A stretch of DNA of 63,711 bases, filler included, from Octopus bimaculoides (Eukaryota), in assembly GCF_001194135.2 (NCBI RefSeq). It is 3 parts of 3 records of this genome, joined end to end, with 100 filler letters (N's around TTAATTAATTAA, not from the genome) between each part and the next. Parts side by side here need not be neighbours in the genome. Positions count along the whole stretch, not along the records: positions 29,764 to 59,570 come from NC_068989.1; positions 59,671 to 63,711 come from NC_068984.1; 1 more part is not named here. The stretch is one strand, 5' to 3'. Made by a program: the position numbers and the translations under genes. Shown here piece by piece: positions 49,662 to 63,285 of the stretch. The notes under the pieces were generated by a model. That model searched no databases. It had not been told where the DNA came from and saw only the letters and a program-made list of their open reading frames with translations. Positions within the stretch are counted from its first letter, which is position 1. Each line of letters begins with the position of its first letter.

Positions 49662-50304
49662 NNNNNNNNNNATATACACATATACATACACACACATATA
49701 CATATATGTATACACATACATATATATATATGTATACACATACATATATATGTATACACATACATATATATGTATACACATACGTATATATATATATGTA
49801 TACACATACATATATATATATACATACAAATACATATATACACAAATACATATATCTTTCAGCCTATTTCTGAGTGAGATGTTGGCCACTGTACTCATGC
49901 CGCCATCTTCCCATTTCCTGTCCACCTGGAGATCTGGTCTAAACTAAATTGCAATGCAGGTATATCCTGCCCCAAAACACAGACTATATATCTCAGCAAA
50001 ATTCAACCACCTTAATCATATAAAAGAAGAATCTGCATATACTTCATTCCACCTTTGTGATTACCTGTTACACCCCCACCTCTCCCTGAAGCCTCTTCCT
50101 TTTATAATCCATCTCTCTCTTATTTTCCACCTCTCACCCCTTTTCTGTCCCTCATAACTGCCATGCTTCAACTTTAACACCTGGTCTTCTTTATCTCACT
50201 CAGCACCCTTTCATATCTGTCATCAACACTCCCTCTTTCCTTTTTCTCTTCCACTCACTATATCCACCCTATGTACCTCTGACATCTATCTCTGTCACTG
50301 TACA

Positions 50305-50348
<44 letters not shown>

Positions 50349-51142
50349 TCTTCTCTCACTCTTTCATCTGCTACTTTCTGACCCCATAGCTGCTGCTCTC
50401 TACTCATCCTGCCACTTATCATCACCTACGTCTCTCACTCCCCCCTGCCATACTTATATTTATCCCTGACCACATCCCCACTCTTGCTCCACTCACTACC
50501 TTCATCCTTAATCATGCATCACTCTCCTCTCATGCTCTAATGAACTTACCCCCCACCCATCTTTCTCTGACTGTATTCTCTCTTATTTGCACTTTCTTGA
50601 AACCTGAAAGTATGCTCTGTCACCACATCACCACCATTATTGCCCCCTTTTCAGCTACTCCCACCCACCCTTAAGGGTGTTATACCTGGTTGGATGCCCT
50701 TCTTAATGACAACCAGTTTACAGAATAATCCTAGGTATTTTTTTTACAGCACCAGCTCTAGTGAGGTCATCAAGTAACATACAAGAACAAGAAAAAAAAA
50801 ACCCTTCAACTGAGTGGAGTTGTTGTAGTTAGAGAGGTGGCATTAAACACATGTTGATAGGCCTAAGTATGCTTGAGGGACAGGAATGGGTATCTTGCTA
50901 TAATCCTCAATCAGCCAAAATACTAATCCTCTATGTCGGAACCATAATAATTAAAACACAAATCTGATGAGGTTAAACATTAATGATTCGAAACATTTTG
51001 TAAGATCCACCTCAACGAAACCCTGGCTGAAATTCTGTATAAACAAAAGCATCCTCTTTAAAAAGGGCCAATACAGATTGTTAATACTGTTCCATATCCT
51101 GAAGATTAGGCTGAGAAAGTATATATACACACACATATGTGA

Positions 51143-51189
<47 letters not shown>

Positions 51190-51343
51190 TGTGAGTGTAT
51201 ATATATATATATATACATTTATACTCATATATTTATACACATATGCATATACATAATATACACATATAATATACACATATATATATGCTTATAGATATAT
51301 ATATGGATATATACACATATGTATATATATGTGTATGTGTGTG

Positions 51344-51391
<48 letters not shown>

Positions 51392-51794
51392 NNNNNNNNN
51401 NGTCTATATACGATTGTGTATTTATGCATGTGTGTGTATGGCTATATATATATATATGATATATAATGTATATATATATATGTGTGTGTATGTGTGTTTG
51501 TGTTTGCCTATACCCACCCCACCTGCTTTGCCACCCATTCACAAACACACAAAGAAGAAAGCACACACACACACACACACATATGTACCGCAATGATTTA
51601 ATAGCAATCAAATTACAGCTAAATTACTTAACTAAGCCACTCTATAAATTCAATCTAATTTGACAAGTTAATTAAAAATAATTTGTATTTTTTTGCAGGA
51701 GGGAGATCTTTATTAATGGGTTTCATTACTTTGGTTGTATTCATGAGTTTTTGTTCTTTTTTATTTTATAGCTCTCTCTTCTCTCTTTCTCACC

Positions 51795-51858
<64 letters not shown>

Positions 51859-51908
51859 NNNNNNNNNNNNNNNNNNNNNNNNNNNNNNNNNNNNNNNNNN
51901 NNNNNNNN

Positions 51909-51977
<69 letters not shown>

Positions 51978-51999
51978 CATCCAAAGATGTAGACTAGTT

Positions 52000-52200
52000 A
52001 TCCTTTTGGGGCAGTTGCCACTTAAAAGCACCCAGTCCACTTTGCTGAGTGGTTGGTGTTTGGAAGGGCATCCAGCTGTAAAAATCCTGCGAAAACAGTC
52101 ACAGAAGTCTGGTGCAGGCTTCTGCCTGGCTGGCTCTTGTGAAACCATCCCACCCATGCTGGCATGGAAGGCAGACAGTAAACGATGATGATGATGTTTA
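52000..52200 (+). mobile_element. Family D (RTE-type) 3' tail
   Basis: GGAAGGGCATCCAGCTGTA...CCCATGCTGGCATGGAAGGCAGACAGTAAACGATGATGATG. Confidence 0.8.
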
Positions 52201-53099
52201 CAGAGTGGAAGTGGTCCAGTAACAAGACCTTTCCTCACTTTAAAAGACATTAAGCAAAGGCATCCCATGATTTTTAACATGTCTCTTATGTATTGCATGC
52301 TATGACTGGCCACAGCCAAAATTAGCATAACATTCAAAGAAGAATTCCATGATGTAATGAAGGTATGTGTTAGTGTGTGTGTATGTGGTGGGTGGGGGGT
52401 AAACTCTGAACACCTGCTGCAAGAGGCGCCCGGCATTGCCACATCTGTGCAAAAGAATGCAAGTCCATTGCAAGACTGGAAAGCAACATCTGCAGCAATC
52501 ATGTTTAAGAGGACAATCCATTGATGGCTTTACTCAATATCAAGTTCCAGCCATTATGTATGTATGTATGTATGTATGTATGTATGTATGTATGTGTATC
52601 TATGAATTTAGGTAGGTAAGTAGGAAGTTATGTAAGTAGGGGTGTGTGAAATGAGTGGAATGGCAGTAAGTCAAGTTAACACCTGAAAAATTAATTACAT
52701 AAATATGTTGCAACATCATGAAATGAATATTGCTGTATGCTGAGACTTTTATTTTATTATGCTGCAGTAAACTCTGCTCTTTTGACGTTGAGTACTTTCA
52801 TTACTTTTACCCAATAATTACATTTCTAAACCCCACCCCTCTCTCTCTTCCTTTATCTCACTCTGCATAAATGTGTGTGTATACAAATGTATATACACAT
52901 ATTCACACACACATATATATATATATTTTTATATATACCCATAGATGTATGTATATGTATGTGTGTGTGAATGTGTATACATGACGGTATTTGTGTGTAT
53001 AATGTATGGTTAGGTATATATTTATGTGTATCTACATATACATATATATATCATCATCATCGCTTAACGTTCGCCTTCTATGCTGGTATAGATATATAT

Positions 53100-53395
53100 G
53101 AAAGCCTAGTACTTATTCTGTCGGTCTCTTTTGCCGAACCGCTAAGTTACAGGGGCGTAAACACACCAGTATCGGTTGTCAAGCGATGTTGGGGGACAAA
53201 CACACACACACATATACATATATATACGACGGGCTTCTTTCAGTTTCCATCTACCAAATCTGCTCACAAGGCTTTGGTCGGCCTGAGGCTATAGTAGAAA
53301 ACACCTGCCCAAGGTGCCACGCAGTGGGACTGAACCCGAACCCGGAACTATGTGGTTCGTAAGCAAGCTACTTGCCACACAGCCACTCCTATGCC
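53100..53395 (-). mobile_element. SINE family A
   Basis: Head TAGGAGTGGCTGTGTGGCAAGTAGC on the minus strand. Tail truncated. Confidence 0.85.
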
Positions 53396-53439
53396 TATAT
53401 ATATATATATATATCTTTTATCTTTTACATGTCTCAGTC

Positions 53440-53470
<31 letters not shown>

Positions 53471-53951
53471 CATGCACATACACACATATATATATATGTA
53501 TATTATATATATATACATACAAACATATATATATATATATAAATATATATATGTGTGTGTGTATCTATGTATGCATGTATGTATATATATAAGGATGTGT
53601 GTGTACACACACGCACACACACACACACACACACACTACACACACATATACACATGGCCACTGTCACTTTCCATCTAATTGTAGTGCAGCACAGGAAAGC
53701 AATCCATCAGCCCATGTGACACGCAACCACCGTGCGATTACACCATTCTCCCTAAGGAAACCACTTGAAGCTTTCCTCTGCTGTTCAATTATCTCCCTTG
53801 ATACAATTAGATTTATGCACACAGCTCTTTGTTATTATTAACGTTTATGGTGATAAGCTTTGCTGGATTAATATCATTTGCTCTTTATCCCACTCCCCTC
53901 CCCACAACTTTCACGCGCTTACATATATCATGTGTATATATATCATGTGTG

Positions 53952-53992
<41 letters not shown>

Positions 53993-54407
53993 NNNNNNNN
54001 NNNNNNNNNNNNNNNNNNNNNNNNNNNNNNNNNNNNNNNNNNNNNNNNNNNNNNNNNNNNNNNNNNNNNNNNNNNNNNNNNNNNNNNNNNNNNNNNNNNN
54101 NNNNNNNNNNNNNNNNNNNNNNNNNNNNNNNNNNNNNNNNNNNNNNNNNNNNNNNNNNNNNNNNNNNNNNNNNNNNNNNNNNNNNNNNNNNNNNNNNNNN
54201 NNNNNNNNNNNNNNNNNNNNNNNNNNNNNNNNNNNNNNNNNNNNNNNNNNNNNNNNNNNNNNNNNNNNNNNNNNNNNNNNNNNNNNNNNNNNNNNNNNNN
54301 NNNNNNNNNNNNNNNNNNNNNNNNNNNNNNNNNNNNNNNNNNNNNNNNNNNNNNNNNNNNNNNNNNNNNNNNNNNNNNNNNNNNNNNNNNNNNNNNNNNN
54401 NNNNNNN

Positions 54408-54464
<57 letters not shown>

Positions 54465-54534
54465 TTGACAGTTTTTCTGTATTTGCAAATACTTAGATGT
54501 ATATGCATAAACATGTATATCAATATATATCATA

Positions 54535-54576
<42 letters not shown>

Positions 54577-54733
54577 GTATATAAACATATATATATATAT
54601 ACATATATGTATATATACATTAATCCCTGAGTCAGAAGAAAAAAATCAAGCACTCGTGTATCAGATAATATTGTAGGTATATTATTATTGTTGTTGTTAT
54701 TCATGTAATATTATATTATAGCGGACGTTATAC

Positions 54734-54776
<43 letters not shown>

Positions 54777-55606
54777 TGACAATAGTTAAATAACAAGCAA
54801 GTGGTTTCATGCCAGAAATGGTGTGTCAAATCAATCAATCATCAGAAACATCTGAATTAAAATGGTATGGTGGGAACTCTCTACCACTGGAGGCCGAAAA
54901 GCATTACATCCTGTTAATGGTCTTAGAACAAAATCCATAGACAACATCACTCTGATTAAAACCCAAAGCGGAAAAAGAGTATTTTGTCCACAAAAAGTTT
55001 ATCCCTTGTATTGAGGTCTAAGCAGTCTAATAATCCATCATCATCATCATCAACCAGCCTTTCAAATCCAGGTTTTGTCCCTATTAATGGGGGTGGCTGG
55101 ATCTACCTCAATGCCATAGCAACCGAGGTAGGCCTTCTTCGTTCTGATGATGTCTACCATTTACAAGATAAATACATATTTACTTCAGCATGGTGCACAG
55201 AAACAGCTGTAAACTCATTCTTACTCTCACCTTGCTTAACGAATTAAATAATGGCTTTTTAGCACCAAAGACACACTTCTCATTGTTGTTCTTCCTCCAT
55301 TTTCTTATCGTCTATATATACATTAACCTATGGTTTACCTTTTAAATTACCTGCTGCCATATACCTTATACCAAGGACCATACATACTGAGGCAATTACC
55401 AGGAGTGCCTTTGGATACATCTATCCCTCAGAGGACTTAAACACCTCTAACTTATACCATATCTATCTATCTATATATATATTATTCTTAAACAAGAATA
55501 TTATTGACAGTAACTTTGAAGTTTAGGCCAGCTAAGAGTAACCCATCAGATTAATGTAAAATTGTTTTTATTTTAAATGAACATGAAGTCAAATACTAAG
55601 ATCCTC

Positions 55607-56110
55607 ATTATCGTTTAATGTCCGTTGTCCATGCTGGCATGGGTTGGACGGTTTGACTGGGCTGGCACACTGGTAGGCTGCACCAGGATCCAATCTGATT
55701 TGGCAAGGTTTCTNNNNNNNNNNCACCAGGATCCAATCTGATTTGGCAAGGTTTCTACAGCTGGATGCCCTTCCTAATGCCAACCACTCTGAGAGTGTAA
55801 TGGGTGCTTTTACGTGCCACCAGGATTGGTGCCATTTGCATCACAGTGGTATCTGCCACGGCTGCAATTTTGCTTGGCTTGACGGGTCTTCCTGTCAAGC
55901 ACGACATAATGCCAAAAGTCTTGGTCATACCACCGTGAGGCCCAACACTCGAAAGCAGCTTGGCCACTTGACCTCCATGAGACTCAACGCTTGAAAGGAA
56001 CTCGGCCCCCTTGCCACAGTGAGGCCCAACACTCAAAAGGAACTCAGCCACTTTGCCTCCATGAGGCCCAACGCTCGAAAGGAACTCAGCCACTTTGCCT
56101 CCATGAGGCG
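55607..56110 (-). mobile_element. RTE-type 3' end with a 42-bp tandem repeat
   Basis: GGATGCCCTTCCTAATGCCAACC tail motif. Four 42-bp units start at 55936, 55978, 56020 and 56062. Confidence 0.8.
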
Positions 56111-56797
56111 AGGTGGCGAGTGGGAATGAACCCAAAACCTCATGGTAACAAAATGATCTTCTTAACCACAAGGCTATGCCTGTGCTTATGTATGATCTAC
56201 ATGTTTCAATTACAGAAACCTGATGAGGATCAGAGATGAAATCCAACAGAACTTAGTTTTAAATAATTTATTCAAAAGTCTGGTTGCAATGAGTTCAATA
56301 AATATTGATAAATTCTTGCTTATATCTGACAAACTTTAACAAACTACCACTGAATCAATCCTGAATTGATATATTGATTACTGATGACTAGTATGATAAT
56401 TAATCAGCTTCTAATTATATGAATCAATCAATGGGTAATTAGCAATGATTTCAGGAAAGCATATTTCAACGATAAAATTTGATCTTTGCGTTACACAAGT
56501 TAATGAAGTTCGTTTGTTAGTTATTGGTGTCCCTTGGCCTAAAACATTAAGCTGTGCCTTCTAAAAGGTTTTGAGTCTCTTCAGCGAAGAGGATGCCATT
56601 AGGGGTGAGGTGAAGGGGTGGGGCGGCGGTTAACAGGAAACATCAGCAACATCTACAATAGATTGACTGACGCATACTATGTTCAGAGTTCATTTGACCG
56701 CAACCTTGTAAAAAGCATACACACACACGTACGCACGCACGCATGCACATGCACACACACGCACACACACACTCGCATACATACATATGTATGTGTC

Positions 56798-56857
<60 letters not shown>

Positions 56858-57209
56858 TATATACACACTCACACACACATATATACATATACATATGTAT
56901 ATAATATATATATAAATATATATATATATANNNNNNNNNNNNNNNNNNNNNNNNNNNNNNNNNNNNNNNNNNNNNNNNNNNNNNNNNNNNNNNNNNNNNN
57001 NNNNNNNNNNNNNNNNNNNNNNNNNNNNNNNNNNNNNNNNNNNNNNNNNNNNNNNNNNNNNNNNNNNNNNNNNNNNNNNNNNNNNNNNNNNNNNTATATA
57101 TGTATATATATATATATATGTTTGAATATCTGTATGTCTATCTATCCATTTATCGCTTTGCCCCTCTCTCTTTCTCTCTCTCTCCCTCTATCTATTTATT
57201 TGTGTGTGT

Positions 57210-57242
<33 letters not shown>

Positions 57243-57889
57243 TATATACACATATACATACATACACATATATATATGTATCTACACATATATGTATCTA
57301 CACATATATATATCAATATATATCAGTGTGTGTGTGTGTTTGTGTATGTGTGTGTGTGTTCATATGGAAATGTTCTCAGTTATCTTAACAAATATGGCAG
57401 AAAACAAAATTAATACACTCCACCCGCCACCCTCGTCTCGTTTCACAGAATTATTCCAGACGTTTGTCATAAATTTCAAATATTCTTCGCATTGATTCTC
57501 TCCAGTTGAAAAGTCTTCTCAGTAAAGAGATGATGGAAATGATAAGAAACCTAATTACCGAAATATATTCTTTCGTCTCTAAAACCTGTGACCTTTGACC
57601 AAAGATATTATGACCTCGGCTTTTTGGCACTGTTTGTTGTTTTTCCTCAATAATTGGTCTGAGGAAAATGCCACAGATTCGGTAATATTTACAAAATCAT
57701 CGCAGCACAAATGCTTAACAAATTAGCTTATTAATTTAGCTGATGCGGAAATAATTAAATTATTGCCAACTCCTACTACAAGTGACTGGACAAATGGAAG
57801 AATGTAGCACTCAATACATTTTTGTAAGAGTTACACATCATCATCATTTTTATTCATTTCTTCATTTCTTCATTCATTTCTTCAATGTG

Positions 57890-58110
57890 GCCGTTGCCAG
57901 TACCGCCTATCTGGCCTTCGTGCGGGTGACACGTAAAAGCACCCACTACACTCTCAGAGTGGTTGGCGTTAGGAAGGGCATCCAGCTGTAGAAGCTCTGC
58001 CAGATCAGATTGGAGCCTGGTGTTGCCATCCGGTTTCACCAGTCCTCAGTCAAATCGTCCAACCCATGCCAGCATGGAAAGCAGACGTTAAACGATGATG
58101 ATGATGATGA
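57890..58110 (+). mobile_element. Family D (RTE-type) 3' tail
   Basis: GGTTGGCGTTAGGAAGGGCATCCAGC...GCAGACGTTAAACGATGATGATG. Confidence 0.85.
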
Positions 58111-58309
58111 TTTCCATATAAAAAGCACTACAATATGTTCATCTATATTTACGATGGCAACACACATTTACTGCTGTTTCTAGCAAGAAGCTTGACCACA
58201 TAGTGTCACCCTTAATGATTATGTTGATGCTGTTGCTGTTGTTGTTGCTGTTATTCTGGTTTTGTTTTTTCTTTTTATTATTTATTATATTTTCTTTGTT
58301 TCATTTTAG

Positions 58310-58349
58310 ATCTTTAACCTCTGGGAATGTGCCCATGTCTCTATGTCAG
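58310..58349 (+). CDS. Internal exon (40 nt): IFNLWECAHVSMS or SLTSGNVPMSLCQ depending on phase
   Basis: Long T-rich tract ending CATTTTAG and a consensus donor CAG|GTGAGT. Confidence 0.65.
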
Positions 58350-58405
58350 GTGAGTCATCTTATTTAACTTACAAATACATTGATTATTATTAATATTATC
58401 ATTAC

Positions 58406-58433
<28 letters not shown>

Positions 58434-58436
<3 letters not shown>

Positions 58437-58882
58437 TAGTTTTATTTTTATAACGTGCTTTCACTTCACTACCGAGCGCAGCTCTGTGTGCCTTGGGTAT
58501 GTGCTGTGGTTTGCTGTGATGCACTTATGGTTACTGTATTGAAAGTGTTTTGCGTAGGATGTGTGCAGTACCCAGTAGTGCAATTTTCTGTATGTTATAT
58601 ATATTTGTAAGTCCTGGTGTTTTTGTTATGTATTTGTCTGAATATTTTTTTATTATACCTAAGGCACCTACTATGATAGGAATTGTTTCTGTTTTTAGAT
58701 TCCACATTCGAGTTACCTCTATTTCCAGGTCTTTGTATTTTGAAAGTTTTTCCATTTCTTTTAGGGAAACGTTGTCATCTGCTGGTATTGATACATCAAT
58801 TAGAAAGCATTTTTTTTCTTCATGATCTTTGACAACTATATCTGGTCTATTTGCCTTAATTTCTCTATTTGTGTGTATTGGC
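58434..58882 (-). mobile_element. 5'-truncated R4/Dong-like non-LTR retrotransposon with an intact RLE C-terminus
   Basis: Uninterrupted frame 58881-58531 PIHTNREIKANRPDIVVKDHEEKKCFLIDVSIPADDNVSLKEMEKLSKY...IPIIVGALG...LLGTAHILRK. Contains the PD..D..K restriction-like endonuclease motif and sits in (AAT)n. Confidence 0.9.
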
Positions 58883-58894
58883 TATTATCATTAC

Positions 58895-58931
<37 letters not shown>

Positions 58932-58933
<2 letters not shown>

Positions 58934-59190
58934 GGTGGTGAGAGCAGAGAGAATCATTAGCATGCTGGACGAAATGCTGAACGGCATCTCATCCATCTTT
59001 ACATTCTGATTTCAAATTCCGCCGAGGTTGAATTTGCCTTTCATCCTTTCGGGGTTCGGCAAAAGAGACCGATAGAATAAGTACTAGGCTTGCAAAGAAT
59101 AAGTCCTGGGGTCGATCTGCTTGACTAAAGGCAGTGCTCCAGCATGGCCGCAGTCAAAATGACTGAAACAAGTAAAAGAGTAAAAGAATA
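58932..59190 (+). mobile_element. Chimeric SINE: family C 5' part fused to a family A tail
   Basis: ...TTCATCCTTTCGGGGT|TCGGCAAAAGAGACCG... junction at ~59055. Confidence 0.75.
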
Positions 59191-59293
59191 AACGAATACC
59201 TATGTGTATGTGTATGTGTGAGTGCGTGTGTGTCTGTGTGTGTGTGTGTGTACACAAGTGTATGAGTGCATGCGGACAAAACATCTCACATAC

Positions 59294-59337
<44 letters not shown>

Positions 59338-59570
59338 AACAAAACCAAAGACAAGGAACAACCACAACCACAACAACAACATCGATATTAACAAGCAGAC
59401 ACACAGACAGACTATCCAAACAGTTGAACATACCTGTCTACTATGTTTGTTTTTATAAGGTTTACTCACTGTAATCTTTATGTCAAACATTTAACTGCCC
59501 CCACCTCTAGTGGGGTGGGTGGGGGTGAGGTGGGGGGGGGAGATGATGGCAGCTGTGGTGGTAATGGTGG

Positions 59571-59670
59571 NNNNNNNNNNNNNNNNNNNNNNNNNNNNNN
59601 NNNNNNNNNNNNNNTTAATTAATTAANNNNNNNNNNNNNNNNNNNNNNNNNNNNNNNNNNNNNNNNNNNN
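59571..59670. other. Artificial 100-bp scaffold-join spacer
   Basis: N44-TTAATTAATTAA-N44. Confidence 0.9.
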
Positions 59671-60703
59671 CATATGTCGTTAGGGCGTTGCACTCAGAAC
59701 ACGTGATCTTCATTTCGATGCCCAGAGTATTGCGTTCTTGAAGAAAACACTTCATTTCGCGTTGTTCTGCGAGCATTTTAGTATCTGATTTGTGATGGCA
59801 TACCATACTGAGGCATCACCTTGAAGAATTTTTACTTAATTTGACTTGTGATAGCATATCATGCACCTATACAAGCGATGTCAATTTGGTTTGGAAAGCA
59901 AACTCCTTTGCAGCACAAATATTTGATCACAATAAACAAACCATTTCTATAAGTTGCTCAACAAGATATTACAGAATAAATCTATCATCTACAAGAGTCC
60001 ATGACGACGATACCGTTTATCTGTTATCTTTTACTTGTTTCAGTCATTAGACTGCGGCCATACTGAAGCATCACCTAGAAGAATTTTTAGTCGAACGAAT
60101 CGAACCCAGTACTTTTTTTTCGCTTTGAGCTTGATATTTGTACTATCGATTCATTTTGATGATCTGCTAAGGTACGGGCACGTAAACAAACCAAACCAGT
60201 TATCAAGCAGTGGTGGAGGATGAACAGAGACCCAAACACACANNNNNNNNNNNNNNNNNNNNNNNNNNNNNNNNNNNNNNNNNNNNNNNNNNNNNNNNNN
60301 NNNNNNNNNNNNNNNNNNNNNNNNNNNNNNNNNNNNNNNNNNNNNNNNNNNNNNNNNNNNNNNNNNNNNNNNNNNNNNNNNNNNNNNNNNNNNNNNNNNN
60401 NNNNNNNNNNNNNNNNNNNNNNNNNNNNNNNNNNNNNNNNNNNNNNNNNNNNNNNNNNNNNNNNNNNNNNNNNNNNNNNNNNNNNNNNNNNNNNNNNNNN
60501 NNNNNNNNNNNNNNNNNNNNNNNNNNNNNNNNNNNNNNNNNNNNNNNNNNNNNNNNNNNNNNNNNNNNNNNNNNNNNNNNNNNNNNNNNNNNNNNNNNNN
60601 NNNNNNNNNNNNNNNNNNNNNNNNNNNNNNNNNNNNNNNNNNNNNNNNNNNNNNNNNNNNNNNNNNNNNNNNNNNNNNNNNNNNNNNNNNNNNNNNNNNN
60701 NNN

Positions 60704-60765
<62 letters not shown>

Positions 60766-61253
60766 CGGAGTAGAAACTGAATGACAGAGAAATATAAAAA
60801 GAGATGTAGAGACCATGAAATAGAGAAACGGACAGACATATCAGAGATTGAAAGATATAAAACAACATGGAGAAAAAATAGCTGGCTGTAAGAGGTGTTG
60901 ATGCCCAGAAGTAGAAAGCAATGCGCATGCTTAAGCATTGCTGCTGGAATTAATGGATGTTTTGATAAATCTTGAAAGTAACTTCATTTCTTTGTGAAAG
61001 GAATTCTGAGATTTTATCAGCAAATCTTTGAATTGAATGTAGAGAGTGAGCGGCCTAAGAATTAATACCTCATGGCATAATCCGATAGACATAGACAGAG
61101 TGTACATTATGTATGTATGTATGTATGTATGTATGTATGTATGTATGTATGTATGTATGTATATGGACGTATGTGTATGTATATGGATGAATACATGTAT
61201 ATACGTTCAGCGTTTGTATGTTTGTATGTTTGTATACATATACACATATATGC

Positions 61254-61327
<74 letters not shown>

Positions 61328-61412
61328 ATATGTATGTATATATGCACACACATAGATATATGCATACGTACATACATAAACATACGCGCAAACCCACCTC
61401 TATCTATCTGTC

Positions 61413-61474
<62 letters not shown>

Positions 61475-61484
61475 CACATACATA

Positions 61485-61885
61485 TAAGGGAGATTGAAAA
61501 GTAACTCCCTATTTTAAAATACTTACAATTTATTTATAAACTATAATTTTTAGAAAAAGTGAATATGTGAAGAAAGCGTATATCATGGAGTTTTATTTAA
61601 AATTCGATATAGGCACCAGCATTCGCCACCAGTTTTTCAAGCCACCCAAGTACTGCATCAATTGATTTCATCAGGAACTCTTGTGGGATGGAAGATATAA
61701 CTTCTCGTATTGGGCATTCAAGTTCTTCGAAAGTCGTTGGTTTGGTACAGTAGACTTGCTCTTTTAACCAACCCTTTTAACATAGTCGCAGGGTGTTAAA
61801 TCAGGGCTTCTGGCTGGCGAATCATGCAGACGGACCTCGATGAATTGGGAAAACGACCGCTTCTTCGAGTATCAAATACAGATAC
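61485..61885 (-). pseudogene. Tc1/mariner-superfamily transposase C-terminal fragment
   Basis: PARSPDLTPCDY, then after a frameshift GWLKEQVYCTKPTTFEELECPIREV...GAYIEF* (stop at 61597-99). Matches the WPxRSPDLTPCDF.LWG.LK motif. Confidence 0.8.
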
Positions 61886-61889
61886 TGTA

Positions 61890-62640
61890 GTCATGGGTTT
61901 TGCATGACAATTCTTGATCGTCTTTGCATCAGCTTGAGCCTGTCTACCTCTAATGCTCATACACCATCTTTGCACTCGAACAACGGATTTCCAAGATTCT
62001 TAGAAGGAGATATTAATCTCCGGACGAATATCGCAGTTAATTTGGCTTTCAATGATCCATTTGCATTACGTATGATACACAAGTCACCATGCAACTATGT
62101 TCACTTTGCAGTGAAAGGTCGTTTATGTAAACTATAAAGAGGAGCGGGCCCAAGACAGTCCCCTGAGGGACACCACTGGTGACTTTTGCTGGGCTTGAGT
62201 AGACTCAATCGACCACAATATGTTGTGTGCTATTCGCCAAGAAATACTTAATCTAGTGTAGAAGTTTTCCACGGCTTCCAAAATTTGCCAATTTTGAAAG
62301 TAAGATATTATGGTCAACTCTGTCGAACGCTTTACTGAAGTCAAGATATATGACATCAGGGTTCGAANNNNNNNNNNCGCTTTACTGAAGTCAAGATATA
62401 TGACATCAGGGTTCGAACCTGTTCCCAAGGCTTTAAGTATATCTTCATTGTGGTGTGGGAGCTGTGTTAGACAGTCCCTGCCACAGCGAAAACCACGCTG
62501 ATTTGCATTTAGGAATTTGCGGATCACCAGGAAGTCAGCTATCCTTGGTCTTACCACTCGTTCAAACACTTTAATGATGTGGGAGGTGAGTGGGATTGGG
62601 CGATAGTTGACTGCGAGGGATCTATTTCCCTGTTTGAAAA
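61890..62640 (-). pseudogene. CR1-like LINE reverse transcriptase fragment
   Basis: [50 protein letters not shown] and YINDL motifs. Stops present. Confidence 0.85.
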
Positions 62641-63007
62641 NNNNNNNNNNNNNNNNNNNNNNNNNNNNNNNNNNNNNNNNNNNNNNNNNNNNNNNNNNNN
62701 NNNNNNNNNNNNNNNNNNNNNNNNNNNNNNNNNNNNNNNNNNNNNNNNNNNNNNNNNNNNNNNNNNNNNNNNNNNNNNNNNNNNNNNNNNNNNNNNNNNN
62801 NNNNNNNNNNNNNNNNNNNNNNNNNNNNNNNNNNNNNNNNNNNNNNNNNNNNNNNNNNNNNNNNNNNNNNNNNNNNNNNNNNNNNNNNNNNNNNNNNNNN
62901 NNNNNNNNNNNNNNNNNNNNNNNNNNNNNNNNNNNNNNNNNNNNNNNNNNNNNNNNNNNNNNNNNNNNNNNNNNNNNNNNNNNNNNNNNNNNNNNNNNNN
63001 NNNNNNN

Positions 63008-63059
<52 letters not shown>

Positions 63060-63063
<4 letters not shown>

Positions 63064-63285
63064 TGTGTGTGTATGTATTTATTTGCGTGTCTGTGTTTGT
63101 CCCCTGAACATCGCTTGACAACCGATGTTGGTGTGTATACGAGCTCGTAACTTAGCGGTTCGGCAAAAGAGACCGATAGAATAAGTACTACAAAGAATAA
63201 GTCCTGAGGTCAATTTGCTCGACTAAAGACGGTGCTCCAGCATGGCCGCAGTCAGTTGACTGAAACAAATAAAACAATAAAAGAA
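63060..63285 (+). mobile_element. SINE family A 3' half
   Basis: CATCGCTTGACAACCGATG...GGTTCGGCAAAAGAGACCG...GACTGAAACAAATAAAAC. Confidence 0.85.

Noticed and set aside
50958-51002. CTGATGA...GAAAC hammerhead-like motif
   Set aside because: Stem II is mostly mismatched and the helix III/cleavage triplet cannot be placed with stem I in register. At best a heavily decayed remnant.
56215-56255. CTGATGAGGATCAGAGATGAAATCC
   Set aside because: No consistent stem II or III and no NUH site; likely chance.
56631-56710. Frame [26 protein letters not shown] (and LKSLLSKEMMEMIRNLITE at ~57506)
   Set aside because: Acceptor or donor signals are poor. Short open frames are expected by chance.
59500-59540. 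G-run cluster with G-quadruplex potential
   Set aside because: Simple G/T low-complexity sequence next to an artificial join, with no functional context.
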